Shown: in pieces, positions 1 through 13,772 of the stretch | How the letters are laid out: each line of letters begins with the position of its first letter | Numbering within the stretch: position 1 is the stretch's first letter | Origin: the human T2T-CHM13v2.0 reference genome, Homo sapiens | Assembly: GCF_009914755.1 (NCBI RefSeq) | Contig: NC_060925.1 | Strand: one strand, 5' to 3' | DNA length: 64,000 bases | Program-made: the position numbers and the translations under genes | Notes under the pieces: generated by a model | Told to the model about the DNA's origin: nothing | The model's database searches: none | What the model saw: the letters and a program-made list of their open reading frames with translations, nothing else

Positions 1-280
1 ATGGTGCCAGTGAGGAAGCTCAGGAAGGCCTTGGCCATTGCCCAGCCCCTCTGGGAAAGGACTGCTCACCATGCAGGGTCCACTGAGGAAACAGAAACTT
101 CTCTTCTAGTGGCTCTGAAAGCTACAGGCAATGGGGATGAGGCAAAATCCGGAGGGAAAAGGGGTTGGACAAAATCAGAGAGGGAAAAGTGGCAGAGAGG
201 AGAACAGCTGATGTCTGGGATGTAAATAAAAGCTCAGGTCCTTGCCTTAGTTTGGAGCCTCTCTTCTCCTTTACCCACAG

Positions 281-856
281 GCAGTCAAAACTTCAAGTGC
301 TGGACTTGAGGAATGTGGATGAGAACTTCTGCGACATATTTTCTGGAGCTACTGCATCCTTCCCGGAGGCTCTGAGTCAGAAGCAAACAGCAGATAACTG
401 TCCAGGGACAGGCAGGCAGCAGCCATTCATGGTGTTCATAGACCTTTGTCTCAAGAACAGGACACTAGATGAATGCCTCACCCACCTCTTAGAGTGGGGC
501 AAGCAGAGAAAAGGCTTACTGCATGTGTGTTGCAAGGAGCTGCAGGTTTTTGGAATGCCCATCCACAGTATCATAGAGGTCCTGAACATGGTGGAGCTTG
601 ACTGTATCCAGGAGGTGGAAGTGTGCTGCCCCTGGGAGCTGTCCACTCTTGTGAAGTTTGCCCCTTACCTGGGCCAGATGAGGAATCTCCGCAAACTTGT
701 TCTCTTCAACATCCGTGCATCTGCCTGCATTCCCCCAGACAACAAGGGGCAGTTCATTGCCCGATTCACCTCTCAGTTCCTCAAGCTGGACTATTTCCAG
801 AATCTGTCTATGCACTCCGTCTCTTTCCTCGAAGGCCACCTGGACCAGCTGCTCAG
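281..856 (+). CDS. PRAMEF7: PRAME family member (PRAMEF7/8 type), middle coding exon; first coding exon lies upstream of the window
   Basis: Acceptor ttacccacag|G at 280/281 and donor CTCAG|gtgagg at 856/857. Encodes [16 protein letters not shown]...EGHLDQLLR, typical PRAME LRR sequence. PRAMEF7 vs PRAMEF8 cannot be resolved with certainty; symbol chosen from recalled gene order. Confidence 0.88.
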
Positions 857-1770
857 GTGAGGAAGGATGGTGAGCTTTCTCTTCAGACCACAGCAGAGCC
901 TTTCTTTGTTACAGTAAACACCAGTGGGTATGCACTGTGAGCCTGTGAGGAAGTAAGAGTGAGGGAACACTAGAATATCCATGCATTATCCTGTTGGTGG
1001 CTCTGTCCTGATACGGGTATCACACAACCATCCCAATAAAGTCAGAGGGATCTCCTGGGCTAGATGCTATAGAGAAGGTGCCAAGCTAGGAAGCTAGCTA
1101 CTGCAGGGTTTAGATCTGGCGAGAGTGCATTTGTGAATTCCTCCTGAGGATGTGTGTCTAAGTTAAGATGATGGGAAATAGGGAGGTGAAGAGGGCACTA
1201 AAGAGAATGCCCATCCCACTCCTATATTTTAAAATATGAGGTCTATCCTCACCTGCCTAGTGAACAGGCAAAATCCTATGTTTCCCTGTCAGCACCCTGT
1301 TTTGAGCTCCAGGTCAGGTAATTAATGTATGGGAAATACATGATGATAGAATAGAGGGTGAGGGAGCAGGAGCAAAGAATGGTAAAAGTGATAGATGGTT
1401 TGCTGATGGTACAGGCATGTCAGGGTCCCCTGCAACCTGGCCAACCCAGCTGATGTTGCAGGATCCTGCCTGGGTTTGTCATTTATGCCTGTGTCTCCAT
1501 CGGGCTCCTGTGGCCCAGAGATGTGGTTTTCTACCTGACAGATGAGGAAAGGGAGACTTAGAGTTCATGGACTTGATCCAATCACCTCGGTGATGGTGAA
1601 GGACTGAGCCTCGATTGGGACTGCACTGAAGGAACAGAGTCTCCATTCCCACACCCCAGGTGCTGACTATCCTCAGATGAGCAGAGCAGCCCTGGGTTAT
1701 GGAGAGCATCATCTCTCACCCTGAAGTCATCCCCACCTCTCTCCTCTAACTCCTTCTTGTTCTCTCCCAG

Positions 1771-2332
1771 GTGTCTCCAGGCCTCCTTGGAGATGGTCGT
1801 TATGACCGACTGCCTGCTGTCAGAGTCGGACTTGAAGCATCTCTCTTGGTGCCCGAGCATCCGTCAATTAAAGGAGCTGGACCTGAGGGGTGTCACGCTG
1901 ACCCATTTCAGCCCTGAGCCCCTCACAGGTCTGCTGGAGCAAGTTGTGGCCACCCTGCAGACCCTGGACTTAGAGGACTGTGGGATCATGGATTCCCAAC
2001 TCAGCGCCATCCTGCCTGTCCTGAGCCGCTGCTCCCAGCTCAGCACCTTCAGCTTCTGTGGGAACCTCATCTCCATGGCTGCCCTTGAGAACCTGCTGCG
2101 CCACACCGTCGGGCTGAGCAAGCTAAGCCTGGAGCTGTATCCTGCCCCTCTGGAGAGTTATGACACCCAGGGTGCTCTCTGCTGGGGGAGATTTGCTGAA
2201 CTTGGGGCTGAGCTGATGAAGACACCGAGGGACTTAAGGCAGCCCAAGATCATTGTGTTCTGCACCGTCCCCTGCCCTCGCTGTGGCATCAGGGCCTCCT
2301 ATGACCTGGAGCCCAGTCACTGCCTCTGTTGA
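1771..2332 (+). CDS. PRAMEF7: PRAMEF7/8-type terminal coding exon
   Basis: Acceptor tctctcccag|G at 1770/1771; phase matches the previous exon. Encodes [10 protein letters not shown]...LYPAPLESY...CPRCG...HCLC, stop TGA at 2330-2332. Confidence 0.88.
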
Positions 2333-2645
2333 ATGCCTGCCATCAGGGTGGATATATTTCAAGCTTTCTTCTGGTCATTTCGGAGCTGAAACCTAGGCCA
2401 TGAGTGCATGTTAAAGGGAGCACAGACCCATCGTTTCAAATGCCTCCTCAGTGTGAATGGGAAAGGAATGAGGATGCAGGAGGGGCAGGACTGGGGGAAA
2501 AGTTGACTTGGAGTGGATGGGCTCTTTAGAGACCTGTGTCCCAGAGAATCAGAAATGGGAATCTGAATTGCTAGAGTGAGAATCAGGGAGGAGAGACACA
2601 TGAGAGGGTTACCCCTGCACAGATGGTTGTAAAGTAACAGTCAGA

Positions 2646-2651
2646 AATAAA
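2646..2651 (+). terminator. Polyadenylation signal of the PRAMEF7-type gene
   Basis: AATAAA about 315 nt after the stop, in the context cagaAATAAAg that is shared with the PRAMEF6-type gene. Confidence 0.65.
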
Positions 2652-3479
2652 GGGAAACTGAGTGGAAACTATCTGGTGTCCTCCGTAATTGCTTAACATG
2701 GCTTAACAATTAAACAATTTAAACCTAAAAAAGTCCAGTTACTGATCGAGCTAATAAGGCACTGATTTGTCTGTGACTGATGAGGTTCAGCTCCTGGAAA
2801 TCAAACCATCAAAATGGAATTTGATCATTTAGATCAATCCCCCTCCTGTTACCTTCTTGCTATTCTCTGTGCCTATTTAGTGGCACATGAGAGACGCACA
2901 CAGGGCCTGAAGCATTCTAAGTGCAAAGTGAGTGTCAGCCACTTAAGTTAAGCCCCTTCAGGTGCCCTCATTCTGTCCTGATGCCGAGACCCTGTTCACT
3001 CTCAATGGGTGGATTCAGAGCTCTCAGTTCCTGACCGTTACCTGTGCTGGGAAAGGACTTCACTGCCCAAGGCGTGGCCCTGCCCTGGAAGGGGAGCTCC
3101 ACACTGTATGAGCAGGAGCCTCAGGGCATCACTAACCCATGCCTGTCATGGTGGGTAGCGGCCCTTGCTGAATTAAAGTAGTTGTGGCCAATAAAGACAT
3201 CCAAATTCCCTTTTAGCAAAATGCTGACATTATGTAGGCATATAATACCTGTAACATCAATGAAAGACCTTTTCTTAACTCCTCCTTTTTCTCCCTGTGA
3301 AGGAAGACTAGTGCATGGTAGTAGGAATCACACATCCTTAGAGGGTGGATAATGATCAAGTGCCTGTGGGTAATTAATGACCACACCTGTGCTGAAGGAC
3401 CCTACACAAAGGGCACCTAAGTGTAGAACCCTGCCGAGGACTCAGGGGCTGGTGCTGTTGGGCACGAAACAGCCAAGAG

Positions 3480-3612
3480 GCTCAGCTTCCCTGTAAAATG
3501 AAGATGATGATGCCACCACCCTATGAGACTATCGTAGGACCCAATGAGATGGTGTATGGTCAGGACTTGGAATGGGGCCTGGCATACAGTAAGAGCTCAA
3601 TATATGCATCTT
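3480..3612 (+). mobile_element. MIR SINE fragment in the PRAMEF 3' flank (inverted counterpart near 18640-18780)
   Basis: ctcagcttccctgtaaaatgaagatgatgat...cctggcatacagtaagagctcaatatat resembles the MIR core. Confidence 0.55.
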
Positions 3613-3994
3613 GTTCTTTTTTTTTTCCCCTCCTAATAGAAGTCCCATCATTCTTCACCCTTCAATCTCACCTTCTATTCCTGATAATAGGGAGGCAGCA
3701 GAAACCCACGGCAGGCAATGGGACTCAACTTCTACACACCACCACCACCACTTAATCGTGATTCCCCCAAACAGCAGAGCCTCAGCAGCCAGCAGAGGTT
3801 GGGATGGGTGGGGCAGGACTGAGTTCATCTCTAGTGATCATGAGATAAAAATTTCCAACCCATGAGACTCATGTGCCATCTGCTGGTTGGTCAGACCATC
3901 TGGTGTAATTCATTGATGCAAACAGGATGATATTGAGTGGTATCTCCAAAAATCTGCTGTTATGTAAGTGTTTATAGAGAATAAATATTGTGAT

Positions 3995-4110
3995 TCATAT
4001 ATAATTTTATACATATTGAATACATATTTTTACATAAATTTACGTACATAATTTTATACATATTGAATATATATAATTTTATACATATTGAATATATGTA
4101 TATTGAAATT
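3995..4110. repeat. AT-rich imperfect minisatellite (about 25-40 bp unit)
   Basis: ataattttatacatattgaat recurs three times. Confidence 0.6.
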
Positions 4111-4173
4111 TTAAATTATAATGGGAATTTAGTATTTTAAAGTATGTAGTGCAATATTTTAAAAAGGTTTGTA

Positions 4174-4462
4174 GGCTGGGCACAGTGGCTCACGACTGTA
4201 ATCCCAGCACTTTGGGAGGCCGAGATGGGTGGATCACGAGGTCAGGAGATGGAGACCATCCTGGCTAACATGATGAAACCCCGTCTCTACTAAAAATACA
4301 ACAAATTAGGCGGGCATGGTGACAGGCACCTGTAGTCCCAGCTACTCAGAAAGCTGGGGTAGCAGAATGGCATGAACCCAGGAGGCAGAGCTTGCAGTGA
4401 GCCGAGAGCGTGCCACTGCACCCCAGCCTGGGGGACAGAGTGAGATCCGTCTCAAAAAAAAA
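4174..4462 (+). mobile_element. Alu (AluY-like), full length
   Basis: ggctgggcacagtggctcacg...gagcttgcagtgagccgag...A tail; imperfect target-site duplication aaaaaggtttgta / gaaaatgtttgtg. Confidence 0.9.
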
Positions 4463-4472
4463 GAAAATGTTT

Positions 4473-4579
4473 GTGTTGGCCTGGGCAGCACGTATACTAA
4501 AGTTGGAATGACACAGAGAAGATTAGCATGGCCCCTGCGCAAGGATGATGTGCAAATTCGTGACAAGTTCCATATTTTT
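4473..4579 (+). pseudogene. U6 snRNA processed pseudogene (full length, 107 nt), 5' part of a U6/L1 chimera
   Basis: gtgttggcctgggcagcacgtatactaaagttggaatgacacagagaagattagcatggcccctgcgcaaggatgatgtgcaaattcgtgacaagttccatattttt aligns end to end with U6, including the ACAGAGA box. It has many substitutions and no upstream PSE/TATA context (an Alu lies directly upstream). Confidence 0.93.
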
Positions 4580-5236
4580 CAGGAAACAACAGATGCTGGA
4601 GAGAATGTGGAGAAATTAGGCATGCTTTGACAGTGTTGGTGGGAGTGTAAATTAGTTCTAGCATTGTGGAAGACAGTGTGGTGATTCCTCAAGGATCTAG
4701 AACTGGAAATATCATTTGACCCAGCAATCCCATTACTGGGTATATACCCAAAGGATTATAAATCATTCTACTATAAAGACAAATGCACACGTATGTTTAG
4801 TGTGGCACTGTTCTTAATAGCAAAGACTTGGAAACAAACCAAAAGCTCTTCAGTGATAGACTAGATAAAGAAAATATGGCACATATACACCATTCAATAC
4901 TATGCAGCCATAAAAAATGATGAGTTCAGGTCATTTTCAGGGACATGGATGAAGCTGGAAATCATCATTCTCAGCAAACTAACACAGGAACAGAAAAGCA
5001 AATACCACATGTTTTCAGTCATAAGTGGGAGTTGAACAATGCGAACACATGGATACAGGGAACATCACACACTGGGGCCTGTTGGGGGGTAGGGATGGTG
5101 GGGGAGGGTTAGCATTAGGATAAATACCTAGTGTAGATGATGGCTTGATATGTGCAGCAAACCACCATGGCCTATGTATCCCTATGTAACAAACCTGCAC
5201 GTTCTGCACATGTGTCCCAGAACTTGAAGTATATTT
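4580..5236 (+). mobile_element. L1PA-type 3' fragment (ORF2 end and 3'UTR) fused to U6
   Basis: caggaaacaacagatgctggagag...gacccagcaatcccattactgggtatatacccaaagga...aacaaacctgcacgttctgcacatg...aacttgaagtat are hallmark L1PA 3' motifs. Confidence 0.9.
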
Positions 5237-5394
5237 AGAAAATGCTTAATGTGGTGTTGAGTCTCAAATAAAATGACACCTTCAAAACTGATTTTAAAGA
5301 TCAATGAATAAGAATTGCTCTTATTTAAAAATATTTAAGTTTATACAATTTTGGAGCTGGAAGGAAGTGCAATATTTTTAGGGATATATGATTT

Positions 5395-6050
5395 ATTTTC
5401 TTAGAGCAGTTATAAGGTTGCAGTGAAGTTGAGCAGAAAGTGGATCATTCCCACATACTTCATGACCCCACTCTAGCGCGGACTCCTAAAGGATCAACGT
5501 CCTGCCCCAGCGTGGTCCATTTGCTCCAATGCATGAACCACACGAACCATCCTTATCACCCAAAGTTCATAATTAACATTAAGGGTTCACATCTGGTGCT
5601 GTATATTCTATGAGTTCTGATGAATTGAGGATGACATGTATTCACCCTTATAGCATCATGCAGAGTAGCTTCAGTGCCCTAAAAAAATCACCTGTTCTCT
5701 TTCTATCCATCCCACTCTACCCTGACTCCTTGCAACCCCTGGGCTTTCTACTGTGTCCATAGATTTGCCTTTTCCGGAATGTCATGTGGCCTTTTCATAT
5801 TGGCTTCTTTCACTTGGTTATGTGCATTTAAGTTTTTTTTATGTCTTTTAGGGCTTAATAATTTACACTGTCAGGATGTGCTATAGTTTATTCATCCATT
5901 TATCTGCTGAAGAATATATTGGTCCCTATTAAGTTTTGTCTATTATGAATGTAGTGGTTAAAAACATCCAGGTTTTAGGTTTTCTCATTTGGGTAAATGC
6001 CAAGGAGCGTGGCTGCTGGACCATGTGCCTAGGTTGTGTTTGATAATGAT
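5395..6050 (-). mobile_element. Old L1M-type fragment, antisense
   Basis: Degenerate antisense L1 3' motifs (ttgccttttccggaatgtcat, ggcttctttcactt, tttattcatccattt). Subfamily not determined. Confidence 0.5.
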
Positions 6051-6989
6051 TTTTTCCTTGACAATCTCATGTAGACAGAGACTGCTTCTTCAAGGGCAGG
6101 GACTGTGTCTCTGTCACCCTGTGGTCCCACAGCAGAGCATGGAACCTGGCAGGTGGCTGTAAATGCTTATTGATCACATAGTGCTCAGAAATCACTTTAT
6201 AGCCACTACAATGCAAATGTCGGGCAGTCAACATGAGCTGCCACCAATAATATAAACACGTTGAATATGGATGAAGTCACCCTCCTTTTGCCGGGGTCAC
6301 TACCTGTGTGTCACGGCAGTGCCGTCATCACATGGATGAACTTCATCTGTTTTTTATAGATTTCCCCCCATGTAATACAGGATACAGTCTTTAAACAAAG
6401 AGTCACCGGAGTTCCTGATGGCCACTGGTCTGAGTCTGTCCCTTTGGAACTAAGGGCCCTCATAACTGCACTTACCTACCACAGGCGTCCCTGTAAGCAC
6501 CACTAGAGGGCGAGCATCTTCACCAAACCTGATGGACCCAAGAAGTCTGACCTGAATGTCTCCCTGCTAGGCAGGGGTCCTCAGAGGAATCTTCTATCCA
6601 GTCCGGATGGAGGGAACTGGAAGAGTCTCCTCAAACCCAGGACCAACAAAGAGATTCCCTCCAAGATCCCAATTAGGGAGCCAGGACAGGGACTGAGAGG
6701 GAACAGGGAAGGGAAGGCACCATGGGTCCCAAAACCTGGAACTGATGGAGAAGGTCCCCTCCAGAAACTGTTTGGAGAGAACCAGCTGGGAAGAATTAAA
6801 GTCTCTGAGATCTTCCACCTAAGAGCTGGACATCTGAATTCAGGAAGACTTACCCGAGGCCTTCCCATGGCGCAATCGAGAAGAGTTCACGGGACTCTTG
6901 CCAGTGCAGGATGCATTGGTTCTGGAGGCATCAGGAAGAGATCGGAGGTCCCCTTTGAATCCCACTTCTAACACCAATGAGGTCCACTA

Positions 6990-7801
<812 letters not shown>

Positions 7802-8090
7802 AGGGTAGCCCAGAGTCTTCTGATGGTGCTGGTGAGGAAGCTCAAGGAGGCTTTGGCCGTTGTCCAGATCCTCAGAGAAAGGACTGCTCACCATACAGGG
7901 TCCACTGTGGGAACAGAAACCTGCTTTTTCCCAGTGGAAGGTAAAGGGACTAGAAGTGGGGAGCAGTATGAATCAAAAGAGAAAACGGACTGAGAAAAGT
8001 CAGAGAGAGAACAGGGAGCAATGAGAATGAAAGCAAAAGTCAGGGATGGGTCCTTCTAAATTCTGAGCTTCTCCCTTACTTTACCTATAG

Positions 8091-10180
8091 GAGGTGGAAA
8101 CTTCAAGTGCTGGACTTGCTGGATGTTGATGAGAATGTCTGGGCTGGATGGCCTGGAGGCTAGGCCCTGTCCTCCTCCCCAGAGGCCATGAGTAAGAGGC
8201 AGACAGCAGAGGACTATCCAAGGATGGGAGAGCACCAGCCCTTAAAGGTGTTCATAGACGTCTGCCTCAAGGAAACACCCCAAGATGAATGCCTGAGATA
8301 CCTCTTCCAGTGGGTTTACCAAAGGAGAGTTTTAGTACACCTGTGCTGTAGTAAGTTGGTGAATTATCTAACACCCATTAAATATCTTAGAAAGTCATTG
8401 AAAATAGTCCACCTGAATAGTATTCAGGAGTTGGAAATTCACAACATGTCCTGGCTGCATCTGATAAGAAAGCTTCATTGTTACCTGAAGGAGATGAAGA
8501 ATCTTCGCAAACTCGTTTTCTCCAGGTGCCATCATTACTCGTCGGACAATGACCTCGAGGAATGGTTACTCACCAAATTCAGCCTGTGTTCCTCAGGCTG
8601 GAACACCTCCAATTGCTTAAAGTAAAATTGATCACCTTCTTCAGTGGGCACCTGGAACAGCTGATCAGGTGAGAAAGGATCGTGCACTTTCTCTGAAGAC
8701 CACAGCACAGCCTTTTTTTGTTACAGCAAACGCTAGAAGGCATAACTTTTGTGTCAGCCAGTGGTGACATCACAGTGAAGGGGACACCAGAATATCAACA
8801 CATTGTCCCATTCAGTGCTCCATGTTCTGGAGTGGCTATCACAGGATCTCTGCAATGAGGGCAGCGGGGTCACCTGGGGTAGAGGCTAGAGAGCTACATC
8901 ATGTACAAGCCAGGTAGTGGGGGTTTCAGCTCTACTGGGGGGTGCATATGTGAATTTCTTGTTACAAAGTGTGTTTCAAGTTGATATGATAGGAAAGAGG
9001 TAATAGAGGAGGGTATGAAAGGAGGGACAGCGCATCAAACCTGTGCATTTCACAGTAGAAACTCTGTCCTCACCAGCTTAGTGATCACAAATGATCCTGT
9101 CTCTATTCCCTGTCTGTAAAAGGTTGTTTTGAACCCCAGGAAAGGTAACTGACATGGGAAATGTGTGCTTCTTGAATGGAGGCTGAGGGAGTAGGCGTGA
9201 GAGTGGTAAAAAGTGATAGGTGGTTTGCAGATGCAGGCACGTCAGGGAGCCCCTGCCAGTAGGTAGCCCTAGCTGATGACCCTAGACCTTGCTCAGTTGA
9301 GTTCTTCATGCACATCTCCCACCGGGTACCTGTGGCCCAGAGATGAAGTTTTCTGCTAAAAGATGAAGAAAAGAGGCTTTAGTGATGTGATTTTGTGGCC
9401 TTGAACCAATCACACAAGCAATGGTGAAAGGATTGAGGCTAAACTAGGACTGCCCCTGAATGATCAGAGTCCTCATCACAGAGCAACTTGCATGTGGACC
9501 ATCATCACATGATGGGAATAAACTTGTGTTTGGGTGAAGCAGACATTTCCCTTTCAGTTATTCCCCACCACCTTCATCTAACTGGTATCACTGCCCAGAA
9601 CTAACTTCTTGATCTCCACAGGTGCCTCCAGAACCCCTTGGAGAACTTGGAGTTAACTTGTGGCTACCTATTGGAAGAGGACATGAAGTGTCTGTCTCAG
9701 TACCCAAGCCTCAGCTACCTAAAGCATCTGAATCTCAGCTACGTGCTGCTGTTCCGCATCAGTCTTGAACCCCTCGGAGCTCTGCTAGAGAAAATTGCTG
9801 CCACTCTCAAGACCCTCATCTTCGAGGGCTGTCAGATCCACTACTGCCAACTCAGCGCCATCCTGCCTGGCCTGAGCCGCTGCTCCCAGCTCACCACCTT
9901 CTACTTTGGCAGAAATTGCATGTCTACGGACACCCTGAAGGACCTGCTGCGCCACACCAGTGGGCTGAGCAAGTTAAGCCTGGAGACGTATCCTGCCCCT
10001 GAGGAGAGTTTGAATTCCTTGGTTCGTGTCGATTGGGAGATCTTCGCCCCACTTCGGGCTGAGCTGATGTGTACACTGAGGGAAGTCAGGCAGCCCAAGA
10101 GGATCTTCACTGGTCCCACTCCCTGCCCTTCCTGTGGCTCATCACCGTCTGAGGAACTGGAGCTCCATCTTTGCTGCTAG
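8091..10180 (+). pseudogene. 5'-truncated PRAMEF1/2/13-type pseudogene (exons 8091-8668 and 9622-10180); probably the PRAMEF29P-type unit
   Basis: Canonical splice sites are retained. In-frame TAG at 8161-8163 replaces a Trp codon. A 1-nt deletion near 8584 (ttcagc-ctgtgttc) shifts the frame; the exon is 578 nt vs 579 in the paralog. No first coding exon is seen upstream. The terminal exon is open ([10 protein letters not shown]...LHLCC*). Confidence 0.88.
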
Positions 10181-10837
10181 GGAAGGCGTGCCTAGTGGGG
10201 TTGATAAATCCAAAGTTCTCTTCCAGGCACTTGGACACTAAAATCTAGTATGTAAGTGCAAGTTATGTTTGTTTTTTCTTATTTCCTTTTTTAATAATTC
10301 TAAAATTTTATTAAAGAACATTTGAGACAGGGTTTCGCTGTGTTGCCCCAGCTGGTCTGAAACTGCTGGGCACATGGGATTCTCCTGCCTTGGCCTCCTA
10401 AAGTGCCAGGATTACTGGCATGAGTGATTGTGACCAGGCCACATGCAACTTACAGGAAGCACAGAATTCTTTGCTTCAGGCAGGTGCTCAGTATGAGGGA
10501 AAAAAGATAACAGCAGGGGGCAAGACTGGAGGAAAATGTGGAGGTGGAGTCAATGAGACCTTACGGGACCCATGTCCTACAGAGTCAGAAAGAGAAGCTA
10601 AAGTTCTACAGTGATGAGAATGTTATCCCTGCAGGGACGGTTACCAAGAAATATCAGAAATAACCTCAATGAAAACTTTCTGGTGTCCTCTGTATTTGAT
10701 TGACTTGTTTTAGCGATTTATACATCAGAAATCTCTAGTTATTGAGTTACTGATGGAAAAGTATCAAAGTACTCTGTTGTCTGTGATTGAGATTCAGCTG
10801 CAAAACATCTAATTCCCACCCATTCTTTTTCTTTGCT

Positions 10838-10875
<38 letters not shown>

Positions 10876-11829
10876 CAACATCTTGCTTTGTCACCCAGGC
10901 TGCAGTGCAGTGGTCCCATCTGGGCTCACTGCAATCCTACCCTTCGGGGCTCAAGTGATTCTCATGCCTCAGCCACTCTAGTAGGTGGAATTGCATGCAA
11001 GTGCCACCAAGCCTGCTAGTTTTTGTATTTTTAGTAGAGATGCGGTTTTTCCATGTTGACCAGGCTGGTCTTGAGCTCCTGGCTTCAGTGATCTGCTGAC
11101 CTTGGCCTCCCAATGTGCTGGGATTACGGGTGTGCCAATGATCTCCACCCATTCTTTACTTCTCTTCAGTCATCTGTTTTTTCCTTACATTTTCGCCTGC
11201 AAGGAGCAGCTCAGTCAGGCACAAAGGGACGGGCAGAGAGGGGCCCCGAGGAGAAGATGGGCTTGAGGTGGTAGGCAGAGCTGGGATCAAGCTACAGGGG
11301 CCTTTGTTGGGAAGCAGAAATGGCACCTAGTTCAATGACCTGGCCAGCTATGGGGCCACTGTGCCCACCCTGCTAACAGTGCCAAGTTCCTGGGTGTCGA
11401 AGGGAGGTTCTGTGCTAATCCTCCTGGGGCTGCATTTCCAAGATCTGCCCCCCACAGGGGTGACCACAGAGACTGATGTTCCTAATTGCTGGGTCTGGGG
11501 ACCACGGTCCACTCCTGGAGGCACCCCACCTTGGCAGGGTTGTGAGCCAGGCCTGTGCCCCGTGTTCCTGAGGCAGACAGCTGTGCCACCCACACCCTCT
11601 CATGGCTTAATGAGACCCGCTCCCGGGTCTGGAGCCTCTACAAAGCCTCAAACTCACTCCTCACGGCCTGCTGTTAGCCTGCAATATTCTTAACTAGAGT
11701 GCAGTTGGGGCTCATTCAACCAGACCCAGAAGCATTGGGTTTGTTTTTGCAGGGTTGGCCAGAGCTGCTGTGAACCTGCATCTCACCTGTCACCTCTGTG
11801 GAGAAACACAGAGAGAGGGCATAACTGAG

Positions 11830-12989
11830 GCTACATACACTTTGAACCTGATGGGATCCTGGGACAAGAGGGAGTCCTGGCCCTCCCGAGTTGGCAGGAC
11901 AGTAGCTCCAAAGGCACAACTGAAGCTGCCCAGGTCGCAGTTCCAACCAAGGTCCCCCAGTGCTCTTGAGGGCTCAGGAGGTCTCCCCTTCTCCTGCAGC
12001 ATGGGGGTGTCTGCTCCCACTGTGTGGTCCCTCCTGGCACCTGCTGTAATTTTGGAGCGGAGTTGGGGTCAAGCATGTATGCTGTGGCAGCCCAGATGAG
12101 CGTGTGCATGCTCAGGTTCGTGCTGATGCACCGTCCGCCTGCTGTCTTGAACACTCTGGGCTTTGGGCCCTGATGAGCATGGGAGGGAGGCTGAGAGGGG
12201 GCTGAGGACAGATCAGTGCTGGCCTTTGGATGCTCCTTGATGCAAATGACCTGGGCGCCATGGGTGGTGGTGGGAGGCAGACAGACTCCTGGATGGGAAG
12301 ACGAGGGTACCTGGTGAGGCTCTACCTTGTGACCAAGGGGGGCCTGAAGCCCGTGGGCTGGTCCACCAGTGCTATGGACCAGAGTGGGAATATGTGGTGC
12401 CTTTTCTGTGCCTGCCAATGGCTACCTATGACCCAAGCAGCACATACTTCCTTCCCCATGATGCCCCAACAGCCCCAGACTCAGGGAAAACATCAGGATG
12501 AACAGTGGCAGAGTGAAACTACCCACTCTTGGGATGATTTTCCTGCAGAGACAAGCAATCCACTCTGGGGCCTTTTCTCTACTGAGAGCTGTGGAGATGA
12601 TGAGATGACTTTCCTGGAAAGAGCAGCAGACACCACTGTGTACTCCAGGGACAAACATGGAAGCTGCTTTTGCTGTGCCTGGTTCATTTGCAGCCTTGCA
12701 AAAATCTGGCACCTGTGCTGGCACCTGGAGCTGCCTGCCCCACTGCTGCGGGAGCCAGTGACTGTCCAAAGTGACCAGACCCCCTGCTCACTCACACACC
12801 CCTCACTGCTCCAGTCCTGACCCTCCCTTAATAGGCATGTGATCCAGGCCTGAAGCATGAGCCAAGCATAGTCTACCAGTCTGAGTGGGCAGAACAAACA
12901 CAGTGAACCCCATCAAAACTCCGGCAAAGGTGCCCCCAGCCATAGAGGCTTCTGGCCAGAAAAGTCACATCCCAAGGATTTCATAAGAG
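11830..12989 (+). mobile_element. MER52-like ERV1 LTR (GC-rich)
   Basis: The 3' end ggcaaaggtgcccccagccatagaggcttctggccagaaaagtcacatcccaaggatttcataaga resembles the MER52 terminus as I recall it. Left boundary approximate. Confidence 0.6.
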
Positions 12990-13267
12990 AAAATTACTTA
13001 AACACAAAGAAAGACAATAAGAAAGGAAGGATGGAAGAGAGAAGTCTCTAACCAACCAGAAAACAAGAAATTGAATGGGAGTACTAAGCCTTTATCAATA
13101 ACAACAATGAAGACAATATATCTCAGTTCTGCAAGTGAAAGTCTTAGGGTCGTTGAATGAGTAAAAGAATAAGACCATACTATATGCTGTTTTCCAGAAA
13201 CTCACTTCACCTATAAGGACACATGTAGTCTGAAAGTGAAGGGGTAGAAAAAGATATTCCATGCAAC
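12990..13267 (+). mobile_element. Old L1 fragment (inter-ORF region and start of ORF2 endonuclease)
   Basis: tatatgctgttttccagaaactcacttcacctataaggacaca...aaagtgaaggggtagaaaaagatattccatgcaa is a degenerate ICCLQETH...KGWKKIFHA. Confidence 0.7.
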
Positions 13268-13568
13268 ACACCTGTATTTCCAGCTAACTGGAAGACTGAC
13301 ATGGGAGGATCATTTTAGCCTGAGAGGCCGAGGCTGCACTGAGCCGAGATTGCACCACTGCACGCCAGCCTTAGAAAGAGAGTAAGGCTCTGTCTTTCAA
13401 AAGAAGAAGAAAGAAAAGAAAAGCAAAGAAGATGTCTCTTCACATTTTATGCTACACAGGCATTTTTTTTCTGATCTGCACTGCACTGCCAAGCCAGGTG
13501 TATTCTGTTGAGCTCACTTTGCAGCTGCCTTGCTTCTTGTTTATCCTAAGTAGCACCCAGAATAGTAG

Positions 13569-13772
<204 letters not shown>

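Noticed and set aside
4473-4579. Functional U6 snRNA gene
   Set aside because: Multiple substitutions, an Alu in place of the upstream Pol III promoter, and direct fusion to L1 indicate a retrocopy.
8188-8625. 145-aa ORF as an independent PRAMEF protein
   Set aside because: Internal Met downstream of a nonsense codon, ends after a frameshift, and lacks both promoter and BC-box exon.
11348-12897. Cluster of overlapping 100-196 aa ORFs on both strands
   Set aside because: Mostly GC-rich MER52-like LTR sequence with few stop codons; no recognisable domain or splice structure.
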